Source of the DNA: an uncultured Planctomycetota bacterium
GTDB lineage: Bacteria; Planctomycetota; Planctomycetia; Isosphaerales; Isosphaeraceae
Length of the DNA stretch: 64,000 nt
Assembly (NCBI GenBank): GCA_963845755.1
Contig: CAWJTV010000029.1
Coordinates: 288,001-352,000, forward strand
Direction of reading: 5' to 3'
Under the pieces are notes generated by a model that was not told the origin of the DNA, did not search any database, and worked only from the letters and a program-made list of their open reading frames with translations. Shown here piece by piece: positions 22,869-32,486 of this stretch. Position 1 is the first letter of the stretch; each line of letters opens with the position of its first letter. The position numbers and the translations under genes were made by a program.

Positions 22869-23182
22869 CCCGGATCGCCCGACGGCTCGCGACTCCTCGC
22901 GATCTACTCGGCCGGGGCGATGAAAGGATCCAGAGCTCAGACGATAAGTCGTCGACATGCCAGACTTCCCTGGTCTGCGCCTGCCTCTGGTTTCTCCAGT
23001 CAGCGGTCCGCGGGGATCGGTATGGGACCTCTCGATGACGAGTCGGTGACTTGTGGGATCGGAGTCTCGGTGGTGACTGTGGTTCGCGGCGTGTCGGGGT
23101 GTCCCATCAACGGGGAGACAAGGGATCGCAGATGGCTTTCAAGGTGTCGGGCCGGCCAGAAACCTGCTCAATCAGAGCATAT

Positions 23183-23374
23183 TCACTTGAGCCGTTGTTT
23201 TTCCATGCGATCAATCTGAATCACGACGCCGTTCTGGATGACGATTCTCACCTCGCCGAACCGGATTCCGTTGATCGCCGCCCGGATCGGCTCGAGATCG
23301 ATCGCCACACCAGTCGGAGTCCGCCGGTTAACCCCCGAGTCCTGTGAATCATTCTCGATGGATAAAGACGGCAT
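23183..23374 (-). CDS. YezD / DUF2292 family small protein (OscA-like)
   Basis: IRAAINGIRFGEVRIVIQNGVVIQIDRMEKQRL; RBS GGGGAGAGG upstream. Confidence 0.88.
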   Translation of the reverse strand: MPSLSIENDSQDSGVNRRTPTGVAIDLEPIRAAINGIRFGEVRIVIQNGVVIQIDRMEKQRLK

Positions 23375-23514
23375 TGGTACCTCTCCCCGACCACGAACGT
23401 CCTACCGGGCTGTTGACTCGGCACAATCAGAACGCCGACATCCCGACTTCTCGGCATCCAGACCGAGCCCCTTCCCTTGCGGGGCCACTTCGGCGCGAAT
23501 CGTGCTCACCGATT

Positions 23515-23530
23515 TGCAGGTGCCGTGCCG
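23515..23530 (-). promoter_or_regulatory. Sigma-54 (-24/-12) promoter upstream of yezD
   Basis: Minus strand CGGCACGGCACCTGCA = GG-N10-GC. Confidence 0.75.
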
Positions 23531-23602
23531 AACCGAGAAGAATCCGGCATCGCTGCGAAATCCGGCTCGATTCTCGATGAGACGGTCGGAGCTTGCCGAG
23601 GA

Positions 23603-23660
23603 CCGTGACATTTGCCAGGATATCCGTGATATTTGCTCGGATAACCATCATATTTGACGG
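23603..23660. promoter_or_regulatory. Triple upstream activator site array
   Basis: CCGTGACATTTGCCAG (23603), CCGTGATATTTGCTCG (23624), CCATCATATTTGACGG (23645); same motif as 17246-17304. Confidence 0.8.
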
Positions 23661-23669
23661 GAGAGTCGG

Positions 23670-25286
23670 ATGGAGCGCCATGCCAGCCTGCTTCTTGATG
23701 TCTGGAGGGAGGTCTGCCGCCACATCGAGATCGGCGAATCGATCGAGCGGCTTGCCCCGATCCTGATGCGTCGCTTGCCGATCGAGTTGATCCTGATCCG
23801 GAGGCTCGACCCGGCGCGATCTTGCATCGAGACGGTGGCCACGGGCCACTGTCGTCCGGCGCCGGAGGGGTCGCCTTCGTCCGGACCGGTCCGGAGCAAC
23901 GTGGCCGCGGCCGAGTTGGAGCAACTGGCCGCATGGTGCGGCCGGGGCAAGGTGCTTCGCGGCACAGACCGGAACCTCCGGCGACGACTACCCGAACTGT
24001 TGCCGGAAGGGATCGAGGGGCAGGTCCTGGCCGGCCCGCTCATCGTACCGGATGCGCCGCCGGGGATCCTGATCCTGATCGGTTCATCCCGGCAGGAGCC
24101 GCGCGATGATCACCTCGAGCTCGTGCAGGCGCTGCTCGAGCCGTTTGCGGTGGCACTGGAGAACGATCACCGGCTGCGCGAGCTGGTCTCACTCCGCGAG
24201 GCGCTCGAGGCGGACAAGATGTCGCTGCTCTCCCGATTGGGCCGGCATGACATCAGCGACTCGATCGTCGGGGCGGACACCGGCCTGAAACCGGTGATGG
24301 ATCAGATCGAGCTGGTCGCACGATCGGATACGCCCGTCCTGATCCTCGGTGAGACGGGTGCGGGCAAGGAGGTCGTGGCGCGGGCGATCCATGAGCGATC
24401 CCGGCGGGCCGTGGGTCCGTTCCTGAGGGTCAATTGCGGTGCCATCCCGCCTGACCTGGTGGACTCGGAGTTGTTCGGCCACGAGAAGGGGAGCTTTACC
24501 GGGGCGGTCGGGACGCGAAAGGGGTGGTTCGAGCGGGCAGACGGGGGCACGCTCTTCCTCGATGAGTGCGGTGAGCTGACGCCGGCCGCCCAGGTGAGGC
24601 TGCTCCGGATCCTCCAGGATGGCACGTTCGAGCGGGTCGGCGGCGAGCGGCAGTTGCATGTCGACGTCCGGATCGTGGCCGCAACCCACCGTGAACTGGC
24701 GGAGATGACCGGCGACGGGCGGTTCCGCCAGGACCTGTGGTATCGCCTGGCGGTCTTTCCGATCCGCCTGCCGCCCCTGCGCGACCGACCGGCCGACATC
24801 CCGCCCTTGGCGGCCCACTTCGCCGTGAGGGCCGCCAAGCGGTTGGGGCTGCCGATGATGGCACCCTCCGCGGAAGATGTCAATTTGCTGGTCGCCTATT
24901 CCTGGCCCGGCAACGTGCGCGAACTCGCAGCCGTGATCGAACGCGCGGCGATCCTCGGCGGCGGGGTCCGGCTCGACGTGGCCCGAGCCCTGGGGCATCG
25001 GCCTCCAACCGCTTCGTCGGCGCCTTCGAATGCCGAGGCGTCCATCCCACCAGCGGACACGACGGAGCCGCTGGCCCCCCTGGGGATCGCCATGGCCCGG
25101 CACATCGAGGCGGCCCTGACACGGACCGGGGGACGCGTCGAAGGGCCTTCGGGAGCCGCCGCCCTCCTGGAGATCAATCCACACACGCTCCGCGCTCGCA
25201 TGCGTAAGCTCGGCGTCGCCTGGCAGGGCTTCCGATCCTCCGCACCGGCGTGGAGGCAGGGGCCGGAGCCCGACGGTCAGAAGTAG
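23670..25286 (+). CDS. Sigma-54 enhancer-binding protein (FhlA/HyfR-like; GAF-like N-terminus, AAA+, HTH)
   Basis: GETGAGKE, SELFGHEKGSFTGA, LFLDE, WPGNVREL, GAAALLEINPHTLRARMRKLG. Confidence 0.95.
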   Translation: MERHASLLLDVWREVCRHIEIGESIERLAPILMRRLPIELILIRRLDPARSCIETVATGHCRPAPEGSPSSGPVRSNVAAAELEQLAAWCGRGKVLRGTDRNLRRRLPELLPEGIEGQVLAGPLIVPDAPPGILILIGSSRQEPRDDHLELVQALLEPFAVALENDHRLRELVSLREALEADKMSLLSRLGRHDISDSIVGADTGLKPVMDQIELVARSDTPVLILGETGAGKEVVARAIHERSRRAVGPFLRVNCGAIPPDLVDSELFGHEKGSFTGAVGTRKGWFERADGGTLFLDECGELTPAAQVRLLRILQDGTFERVGGERQLHVDVRIVAATHRELAEMTGDGRFRQDLWYRLAVFPIRLPPLRDRPADIPPLAAHFAVRAAKRLGLPMMAPSAEDVNLLVAYSWPGNVRELAAVIERAAILGGGVRLDVARALGHRPPTASSAPSNAEASIPPADTTEPLAPLGIAMARHIEAALTRTGGRVEGPSGAAALLEINPHTLRARMRKLGVAWQGFRSSAPAWRQGPEPDGQK

Positions 25287-25586
25287 AGCTGGACGCGCCA
25301 CCAGAAGACATTGGCCGTCGGCTGGTATCTCCCTTTTGCAAAAGTGATAGGATTGTTGAACTCCTGGTGGTTCCAGTCCAAGTCCATCTTGAGATATTGA
25401 GTCATCCACCAGTTGATGCCGATGTCGGTCTGCCAGACGCGGTTGGCATTGCCCGTCGTGCTCGCCAGCCCGTAGCTGGAGACCGAAGCCCCGATATCCA
25501 GGTAACCGTAACGTCCGAAGACCTCCCACGCTCCCCAGCCCCGTTCTCCGGCCCTCAGGGTGAACGGGTTCTTCGGCTTGTCGACG
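25277..25586 (-). pseudogene. C-terminal remnant of an OprO/OprP-type anion-selective porin (not in ORF track)
   Basis: Manual translation: KPKNPF...GWGAWEVFGRYGYLDIG...DIGINWWMTQYLKMDLDWNHQEF...FWWRVQLYF*; terminal Phe beta-barrel signature; no start codon. Confidence 0.8.
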
Positions 25587-25612
25587 TGACTCGCCCGCGC
25601 AATCCGGCCGAT

Positions 25613-26527
25613 TCATATCTTGGGTGTGCGAATGGGAGAGTGGACAGGAGGACGATCGGGATGGTCGTTCACGTCCGGCTCCAGCAGGGCCGTTCCTGCC
25701 ATCAATGCGAACCCGGCCAGGAGGGCGGCGGAGAGTTTGAATCGGTCGTGCGAGTGGAATTGAAGCTCTGGCAAGAGGTCACTCAACGCGATGCACAGGA
25801 ATGTTCCGGCCGAGAAGGCCAGCGCGCCGGCGGTCCATGACTCGGGAGAGAACCACGCCGAAGCCTGCGTGCCGATCCAGAAGAGGGCCACTCCCGCCGG
25901 GATCATCAGGGCGAAGCCGAGATTGACGAGATGGGTGGATCGCCGCTCGGCGCCCGCGCGGAGCATCAGTGTGGTGATCGTCAGGGCGTCGGCCGGCTTG
26001 TGGACGAGGGTTGCCAGGAAGACGCCCAACCCGGCCCCCATCATGCCGTTGCCGACCCGAAAATCGGCGGCGACCGCGCTGGCCAGGGCGATGCCGCCCG
26101 CCAGGGAATGCACCGCCAACCCGAATGCCGCCGAGCCCCACGAGAGCACGACGAAGGGATTCGATCCCTTCGCGCCCGACCCGCAGTGATCGTGCGTGCC
26201 TGCATGAGCGGGATGCGCCACCCTCGAGACTCTCTCGCCGGCCGGTTCTTCCGTTTCGTGGTGATGGAACGAGAAGAACCGCTCCAGAAAAAACAGGGCG
26301 AGCAAGCCGAGAGCCGTCCAGCGGACCGTCTCGGCCGATCCGACCCGCACTGCCTCCGGAATCATGTGGAAGAACGCGGCGCCCAGCATCGCACCGGCCG
26401 AAAAGCTCAGGTACACTTGCAGACGGGTGTGATTCAAGGCCGTCGCCAGCGGCAGGATCCCTCCCAGGACGCTAACGATCACGATGGCCGTGCAGAACGC
26501 GCTAATCGTGATCGTCATCGGGCTCAC
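25613..26527 (-). CDS. ZIP family metal transporter
   Basis: SAGAMLGAAFFHMIPE, His-rich loop, VHS...G, HKPAD, SDLLPE. Confidence 0.92.
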   Translation of the reverse strand: MSPMTITISAFCTAIVIVSVLGGILPLATALNHTRLQVYLSFSAGAMLGAAFFHMIPEAVRVGSAETVRWTALGLLALFFLERFFSFHHHETEEPAGERVSRVAHPAHAGTHDHCGSGAKGSNPFVVLSWGSAAFGLAVHSLAGGIALASAVAADFRVGNGMMGAGLGVFLATLVHKPADALTITTLMLRAGAERRSTHLVNLGFALMIPAGVALFWIGTQASAWFSPESWTAGALAFSAGTFLCIALSDLLPELQFHSHDRFKLSAALLAGFALMAGTALLEPDVNDHPDRPPVHSPIRTPKI

Positions 26528-26676
26528 CCCCGTTGCCGCGTGGTGCTCAACCCTTGTGGATGACTTTCCCCGACGAAATAATAATTGTTTGAAGTTGCAT
26601 TGTCAGGCCGCCCCTCCCAGGAATGACGCGAACAGCGCCCGGCCCGCCATTTCGAGCCTTTCAGCGAGGTGATGTC

Positions 26677-26964
26677 ATGTCCAAACTCAGCGAAGCCGAT
26701 ATCGTTGCGAGGCTGCCGGACGCCAAGGGTTGGGAACGTCATGGCGATATGCTGGTACGGACGTGGCAATTCCCCTCGTTCCGGCGTGCCCTGGAATTCG
26801 TGAATCAGGTCGCCGCCTTGATCGAGAAAACCGACCACCACCCGGATCTCATCGTGCAGTATCGCAACGTTCGGATCGAGATGTTGACTCACGACGTGGG
26901 TGGTTTGACCGAGCGCGATTTCGCGCTCATCGCCGAGATCAACGAACTTCCCACCGATCGCTGA
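26677..26964 (+). CDS. Pterin-4a-carbinolamine dehydratase
   Basis: DHHPD, THDVGGLTERDF. Confidence 0.92.
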   Translation: MSKLSEADIVARLPDAKGWERHGDMLVRTWQFPSFRRALEFVNQVAALIEKTDHHPDLIVQYRNVRIEMLTHDVGGLTERDFALIAEINELPTDR

Positions 26965-27051
26965 GCGCGCCGCAGCGAAGCTCGGCCCGCGCACTGATCC
27001 GGCGCGTTGGCGGGTTATCCAGGCGTCGCGGCGTTGCGCGCTGGGGATCGC

Positions 27052-27258
27052 TCAGCCGTCGCTCTGACTCTCAGGCCGCTTCGGACCGGACTGACCGGCA
27101 GCCAGCCGTCGATACTTGGTCTTGGGGAGATTGTAGACCCCGACATCGGGTCGCCAGCGTTCGTCTTCTTGCAGGACCGCCAACCGTTCCGCGCGCGTCA
27201 GTACGTTGCGAGCACGAGCCAGACTTCCCGCCTTCTTCAAGCTCTTATCCAGCGACAT
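27052..27258 (-). CDS. PVC small basic signature protein (TIGR04137-like)
   Basis: MSLDKSLK...RNVLTRAERL...W...LPK. Confidence 0.85.
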   Translation of the reverse strand: MSLDKSLKKAGSLARARNVLTRAERLAVLQEDERWRPDVGVYNLPKTKYRRLAAGQSGPKRPESQSDG

Positions 27259-27547
27259 CGTTCCCTCAAAGCGTGATTGATCCGGCCAAAACCGGGTGCG
27301 TATCGGCGAAGTTACCGATCCGGAAAGGCCGGGGACGGTCGCGGCAACCCTGGGACCGAAGGCCCTGCTCCGCCTCGCCTGGTCGGTTCCTTCGAAAATA
27401 AGGATCTTAGGATGTTACTCTCCGCGCGGCGGCGACGCAAGCGCGGTACGCAGATTCTCCATGCAAAAAGGGGCTACAAGAGTCAAGCAGCAAGGGATTT
27501 GTGTCCAGCCGCGAGTCCCTGGCTGGGAGTGGTTCCTCTCCCGCGGC

Positions 27548-30090
27548 TCAGCGATCGCGCCCGAGTTGATCGCGGAGGCGGCGCGCGTCGTGGTCGCCGA
27601 TCGTGACAGCCTGTTCAACGCTCTTACGCGCCGACGTGCGATCGCCCTGGGCCAGATAGGCCAGCGCCAGATTGTAATGGACACGACCCAGGGTCGTTGG
27701 GTCGGACGCCGTGCCGAGGGCACGTCGAAAGTCCGCAATGGCATCGGGAAAACGGCCCGATTTGTAGGAGAGGATCCCCCGGTTCAGGAGGGCCTTGGTC
27801 AATCGAGGGTCGAGACTCAGGGCATGAGTGTAGTCGGACAATGCCCGGTTGGTGCGTCCGGATGCCTCGGCCGCCAGGGCTCGATTGAAGTAGCTCGGGG
27901 CGAATTGTGGGTCCAGTGCAATGCAGACGCTGAACGAGGCGAAGGCGTCCTCGTAGCGCCCCAATCGGTAGGAGCACTGGCCCGCGTAGAAGTTGGGCCA
28001 GAAGTCCTGAGGCCGGCGGTCGAGGGCGAGACGGAATTCCTCGGACGCCCGGTCGAACTGCCTCGCGCGGAGTTCGGACCGCCCCAGGTCATAATGCTCC
28101 GCTGCGGACTGAGGGGCCGGACCGTCTTCCCCGGGGGGGTTGGCCCGGGGGGGTTCGTCGACCAGCGTTTGGCGTAGGCGGTCGATGGTGAAGCTCGGTC
28201 CGCAACGGGATCGAGCGTCATCGAGAAGGCGGATGATCTCGTCCCGCGAAGTCCGTAATTCCTCCTTGGGCGTCAGACGGATTTGCAGGTCTGCCCAGAC
28301 ACCGACCAACTCGAGCAGATCGGTTCGAATCTGTTGATCGAGCGTGGAATCGTAGTCACCGGCCGCTGTCGAGAGTAGCTGCGCGCGCCGGCCCCAGATC
28401 GCCCGAATGTCACGGGCGAGGCCAGCAGCCTCGGAGGGCGGGGGCGGGTCGATGCCGTACTCGAACCGGACGCGCTCCGCCAGATGGTGCAACGTCTCGG
28501 CATCGGCGCCGCGCGTGGCCTCACGGAGTTGATCCGTCAAGGCCCGAGCCAGGCCCTCGAGGCCGGGGACAGCCCGGCGCGTTCCAGTCCGCGGCCCAAC
28601 GTTTGGACGGCAACCCGGTACCGGCCGCTGCCGCATAAGGCTCGACCGTCGTCAAGGGCCGTCTGGAGCTCGTGAACGCGCTGGAAGTAAAAGAGGCCGA
28701 CAGCCCCGACGACGATGAGGATGAGGAGACCGGCCACTCCCAGGGGATTGGCCGGGTGCCGTTTCCCCCACTTGTGCAATCGCTCAGTAAGGCGATTGCG
28801 GACGCCCCGGAGCGGCCGGTCATTGATCTGGCGTCTCAGGTCGTCGGCGAGGGCGGCGGAACTCCCGTAGCGGCCCGAAGGCCGTTCGGCCAGACACTTC
28901 GCGACGATATCCTCTAAGCCGGCACCGACCGCCGGATTTCGCCGACGCAATCGCGGGGTGTCCTCTTGCGGATGCCCGGGGCTCCTGCCGCCAAGGGCCT
29001 CCCGAAGCAGGAGCCCCAGCGCATAGAGGTCGGCGCGGGAGTCGACCAGGGCGGGAATGGGTTGTCCCAGGCCGACCGCCTCGAGCGCGGCTCGGTGCTC
29101 GGGCGCCATCCAGCCCGGCGTTCCACCGATCTGGTCGGGGAACCGCTCATTCGCCTGGATCGGCTTCCGGGCCAGGTGGAAGTCCAGCAGCATCGGCGTT
29201 CCGTCGGCGGCGATCAGCACGTTCGAGGGCTTGACGTCCATGTGAACCAGACCGCGGGCGTGCGCATCGTCCAGCGCATCGGCCAGGCAGGCCCCAATCC
29301 AGCAGATCGCCTCAACGTAAGAGGCCTGCTGGAGGTATCGACGATAGGGGCCATCGGGCTGGATCGGTTCCGGTCGGCTCGCCTCGACGCGATCCAGGAC
29401 ATCGAGGATGTCCTGGCCGCGGCGATCCGCGGGCGGGATCGATGCCAGGGCTTCCAGGACCCGAGCCAGGCTCGTCCCGCCCAGATAGGGCATGCAGAGC
29501 GCCCGGAGGCCCCGTTCCGGGAACGCGTGCTCCGAGAACAGCGGGATGATGTGCGTGTGCTGCAAGCGGGCCAGCGAGAGGTGTTCTTCCTGGTCGTCGG
29601 AGATGACCTTCAGGACGACCTGCCGGTTTGCGAGTGCCGGTTCCGCGGCAACGTACGTCTTTCCCGAAGCACCACGGCCGAGCTCGGCCAGCAACCGGAA
29701 AGGGCCCAGGTCCTCGCCGGCTTCGGGGAGCACCGCCGCGTGGGACATCGGCCGCAACAGCCGATCGCAACCCAGCAGGACCTCGAGCTGGCCCTTCCAG
29801 CGCGGGAACCGGTTCAGGACCTCGGTGGTGGGGACCTCCTGCCCCGCCTCGCGCCGCAAGCAGGTCTCCTCGTAGATCAGGCGGATGGCGGACTCCTCGC
29901 CAAGTCCTGGGTTGCCGGCCAGGATCTCTTCCGCGCCGATGGGCTCGCCGCGTGCCCAGGCGGCCGCCATGCCGTCGATCAGCCGCGAGATCGCGGAGCC
30001 GTCCGGCGGTTCCGGGACGCCCGGATCCGGCCCCTCGGAGGGGTGCGACCGCCCGCCCCCGTCCGCGGGACCGGCGGAACACAATGGCAT
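27548..30090 (-). CDS. Ser/Thr protein kinase with TM segment and C-terminal TPRs (frameshift ~28555)
   Basis: LGRGASG, VVLK, HMDVKPSN, LDFHLA, GTPGWMAPE, DLYALG; TPRs in ORF 27548..28636. Confidence 0.92.
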
Positions 30091-30093
30091 GGG

Positions 30094-30696
30094 TCAATCC
30101 CCTTCCGAGTCCGAGCCCGGTGTTGCGGACGCGTTGCGAGGAGGGATGGCGAGTCGGCGGGCTAGCTCGTAGAGGATCCGGCGAATGCTCCCTTCGTGCA
30201 ATCCAGTCCGGCGCGCGATCTCGGCATTGGGCAGCCCCTGGCGCTTGAGGACCAGGATTTCGCGATGCGCCGGCGAGCACTCTTCCAGCATGCGTTTCCA
30301 CAGCTCGCGCTCCTGGGCGATCTCGCTGGGGCGCGGCTGGTTGGCCTGCGTCAGGTCCTCGGCCGCGGCCAGCTCCAGCGGCCGCTCTTGTTCCAGGGCG
30401 CGATGATGCTGCCGACGACGGTCGATGAGCCGATTTCGAGCCACTTTCATGAGGAAGGCGCGGAGGTGGGATCGGTCGGTGAACCGCCAGCCCGCCTGAC
30501 GAAAGCCGCCCAGGACGTCCGCCCAGACCGATTGGACGATATCCATCGAGTCGAGCTTGGCCCGTAAGGGCCCCGTCAATTGCCGGCGGACTGCCATTCG
30601 CAAGTAGGGCTCGTAGGCGAGGAAGGCCCGTTCCGCAGCCGCCAGGTCGCCGCCGTTCAGCTTCTCGATCAGCTCGTCGAGGTGCTCGATGCTCAT
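30094..30696 (-). CDS. ECF sigma factor (kinase-associated type)
   Basis: YEPYL, KLDSMDIVQSVW, ARNRLID, EIARRTG; 3 bp from kinase start. Confidence 0.92.
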   Translation of the reverse strand: MSIEHLDELIEKLNGGDLAAAERAFLAYEPYLRMAVRRQLTGPLRAKLDSMDIVQSVWADVLGGFRQAGWRFTDRSHLRAFLMKVARNRLIDRRRQHHRALEQERPLELAAAEDLTQANQPRPSEIAQERELWKRMLEECSPAHREILVLKRQGLPNAEIARRTGLHEGSIRRILYELARRLAIPPRNASATPGSDSEGD

Positions 30697-32045
30697 GCCC
30701 GTCTCTCGGACCAACTTCCCGGCAGCTCAGGGAATCCGAGGGTAAGCTGGCGCCCGGCTGGGTCGACTGCCAGCATTCCTCGTTTCAGGCTCGTCTTGCG
30801 ACGCACGTACCGCCGGGCCATCTCCGCCGACGCCGCGGCGCTGAGCAAACTCAGGGAGAATATCACGATCGGCGCCGGTCCCCGCACATCGAGCAATCCG
30901 GCATCCAACTCGTCAAGCTGACGGACGAACCGGTCGAGGGCCGCTTCCAACGAGTCGCGGCCCATGGGGAGCCCTTCGACGATCAGGTCGGCGCCCTGCG
31001 GCAACGGGAGCGACTCCCTCGGACCATCGGAGGCGCGGTCGTCGGGACCCAAGGTCGGCCGGAGGGCCGCGTGATCGACGGGCACCGGGTTCGTGGAAGG
31101 CCCGCGCGGCCGGGAGGCACGGCCGGATTGGCTATTGGCCACACCGATCATGCCTTCTGCTGCCGAACTGCTCGATGTCGAACGATCGGCATTGAGATTA
31201 CTTGCATCGAGGAGTGAATTGGCCTGCAAAGGAACGTTGCCGACGGATGAGATGGGGGCACCGAGACCAACGTTAGCCGGAGCAGTTCCCGGAGCGGGCG
31301 TCATCTGCGGACCCGTGGGGTTGTTCGTGACAAGGACACCGACGGTAGCCGATTGCGACGACGTCGGCTCGTTCAACTCCGGACGGCCTCTCTCGGGCGT
31401 GAGACTCGATGGGGATGGCGGCGGTGCGTCGTTGAAGGAAGGCGCAGGATCGTCGTTGTTGTAGTCGATCTTGAAGACAAACGTCGAGGCGCCGGTGCCA
31501 GGGACGCTCACCAACGGCTGGACGCCCGAATTCGGACCATTCCCGTAACTCCCGTAACTCGCCATCGGACCACCGGGCCCGGATGGATCCATCCCTGATT
31601 CGGGGTCGTGAGGCGGGAAAACGCCCGTCGGGGCAGGCGAGCTCGCCGACGGTGGAGCACCCGAACCGTCCATGGTGGTCGACGGCGGATTCTCAACCAG
31701 TGCGAAGACCTCGTGGACCGTCATCCACCCCGGGCCATCGAACGGCGCGAAGACGGGCCCTTCCCATCCGGGGTTCATGGGCCTTGCCCATTCTTCGCTC
31801 CGGCCGGACAGACCCCCGAAGACCGGCGATTCCCCGGTGAACCCGCTCATGGCACCATAGGAGGGGCCTGGATTGTCAACGGGAGCTAACGGGTAGACGA
31901 CCATTTCCTCGACTCGGGGAGCGCCGAAAGATCCCGCGCTGAGCAACTGGCGGTCTTCCAACGCGTCGAAGGCCGGCCGACGATGGGGCCTGGTTGATCG
32001 TGGTTTCCGCATGGATGGGTTCACATTATCGGGTCGAAGCGGCAT
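30693..32045 (-). CDS. Secreted/membrane-anchored low-complexity protein with LEDRQLLS motif
   Basis: Planctomycete extracellular (LEPR-XLL-like) motif, Pro/Ser-rich middle, C-terminal hydrophobic and basic segment; stop overlaps ECF ATG. Confidence 0.75.
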   Translation of the reverse strand: MPLRPDNVNPSMRKPRSTRPHRRPAFDALEDRQLLSAGSFGAPRVEEMVVYPLAPVDNPGPSYGAMSGFTGESPVFGGLSGRSEEWARPMNPGWEGPVFAPFDGPGWMTVHEVFALVENPPSTTMDGSGAPPSASSPAPTGVFPPHDPESGMDPSGPGGPMASYGSYGNGPNSGVQPLVSVPGTGASTFVFKIDYNNDDPAPSFNDAPPPSPSSLTPERGRPELNEPTSSQSATVGVLVTNNPTGPQMTPAPGTAPANVGLGAPISSVGNVPLQANSLLDASNLNADRSTSSSSAAEGMIGVANSQSGRASRPRGPSTNPVPVDHAALRPTLGPDDRASDGPRESLPLPQGADLIVEGLPMGRDSLEAALDRFVRQLDELDAGLLDVRGPAPIVIFSLSLLSAAASAEMARRYVRRKTSLKRGMLAVDPAGRQLTLGFPELPGSWSERRA

Positions 32046-32486
32046 CCTCTCCGTCGCTGGTCGAGGATGGTCCAGAAAAGTAATAGGATTCTAGCTTCGA
32101 TCCGAGCGATTATCCAGCAGATTCTTGGCGACATCGCGTGCATTCAATCCGCGTAATCCTTCATGAGAATCAGGCCGCCGGCGATCCTCGCGACGGACCG
32201 AGTCGATGGATGGAGAGCACTCGAAGAGGCCGTTCCCGACATCCTGTTCGTCAACTCGACTCCCCCCCGTCCTGGTGTCTTCGCGTGCTCTCCTTTTACG
32301 CCCATCTCCGGAGCCGGCCGCAGGACCGCGGATCGTTGCGAGCAATCGGATCTCGGAGTGTCTGAAAGCCTGGGGTCGAACATCCCCGATTCACCGCCGA
32401 ATGATCGGGAAAGTTACCCGGAAAAAGAATTGATACCTGTCCACAATATTGAAGTTATGATTCGGCCTAGAATCGTTCTCAGCCGC

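Noticed and set aside
25277..26527. ZIP stop is UGA and in frame with the porin remnant, suggesting selenocysteine readthrough given selB
   Set aside because: One-in-three coincidence; no convincing SECIS, and an inner-membrane transporter fused to a partial beta-barrel is implausible
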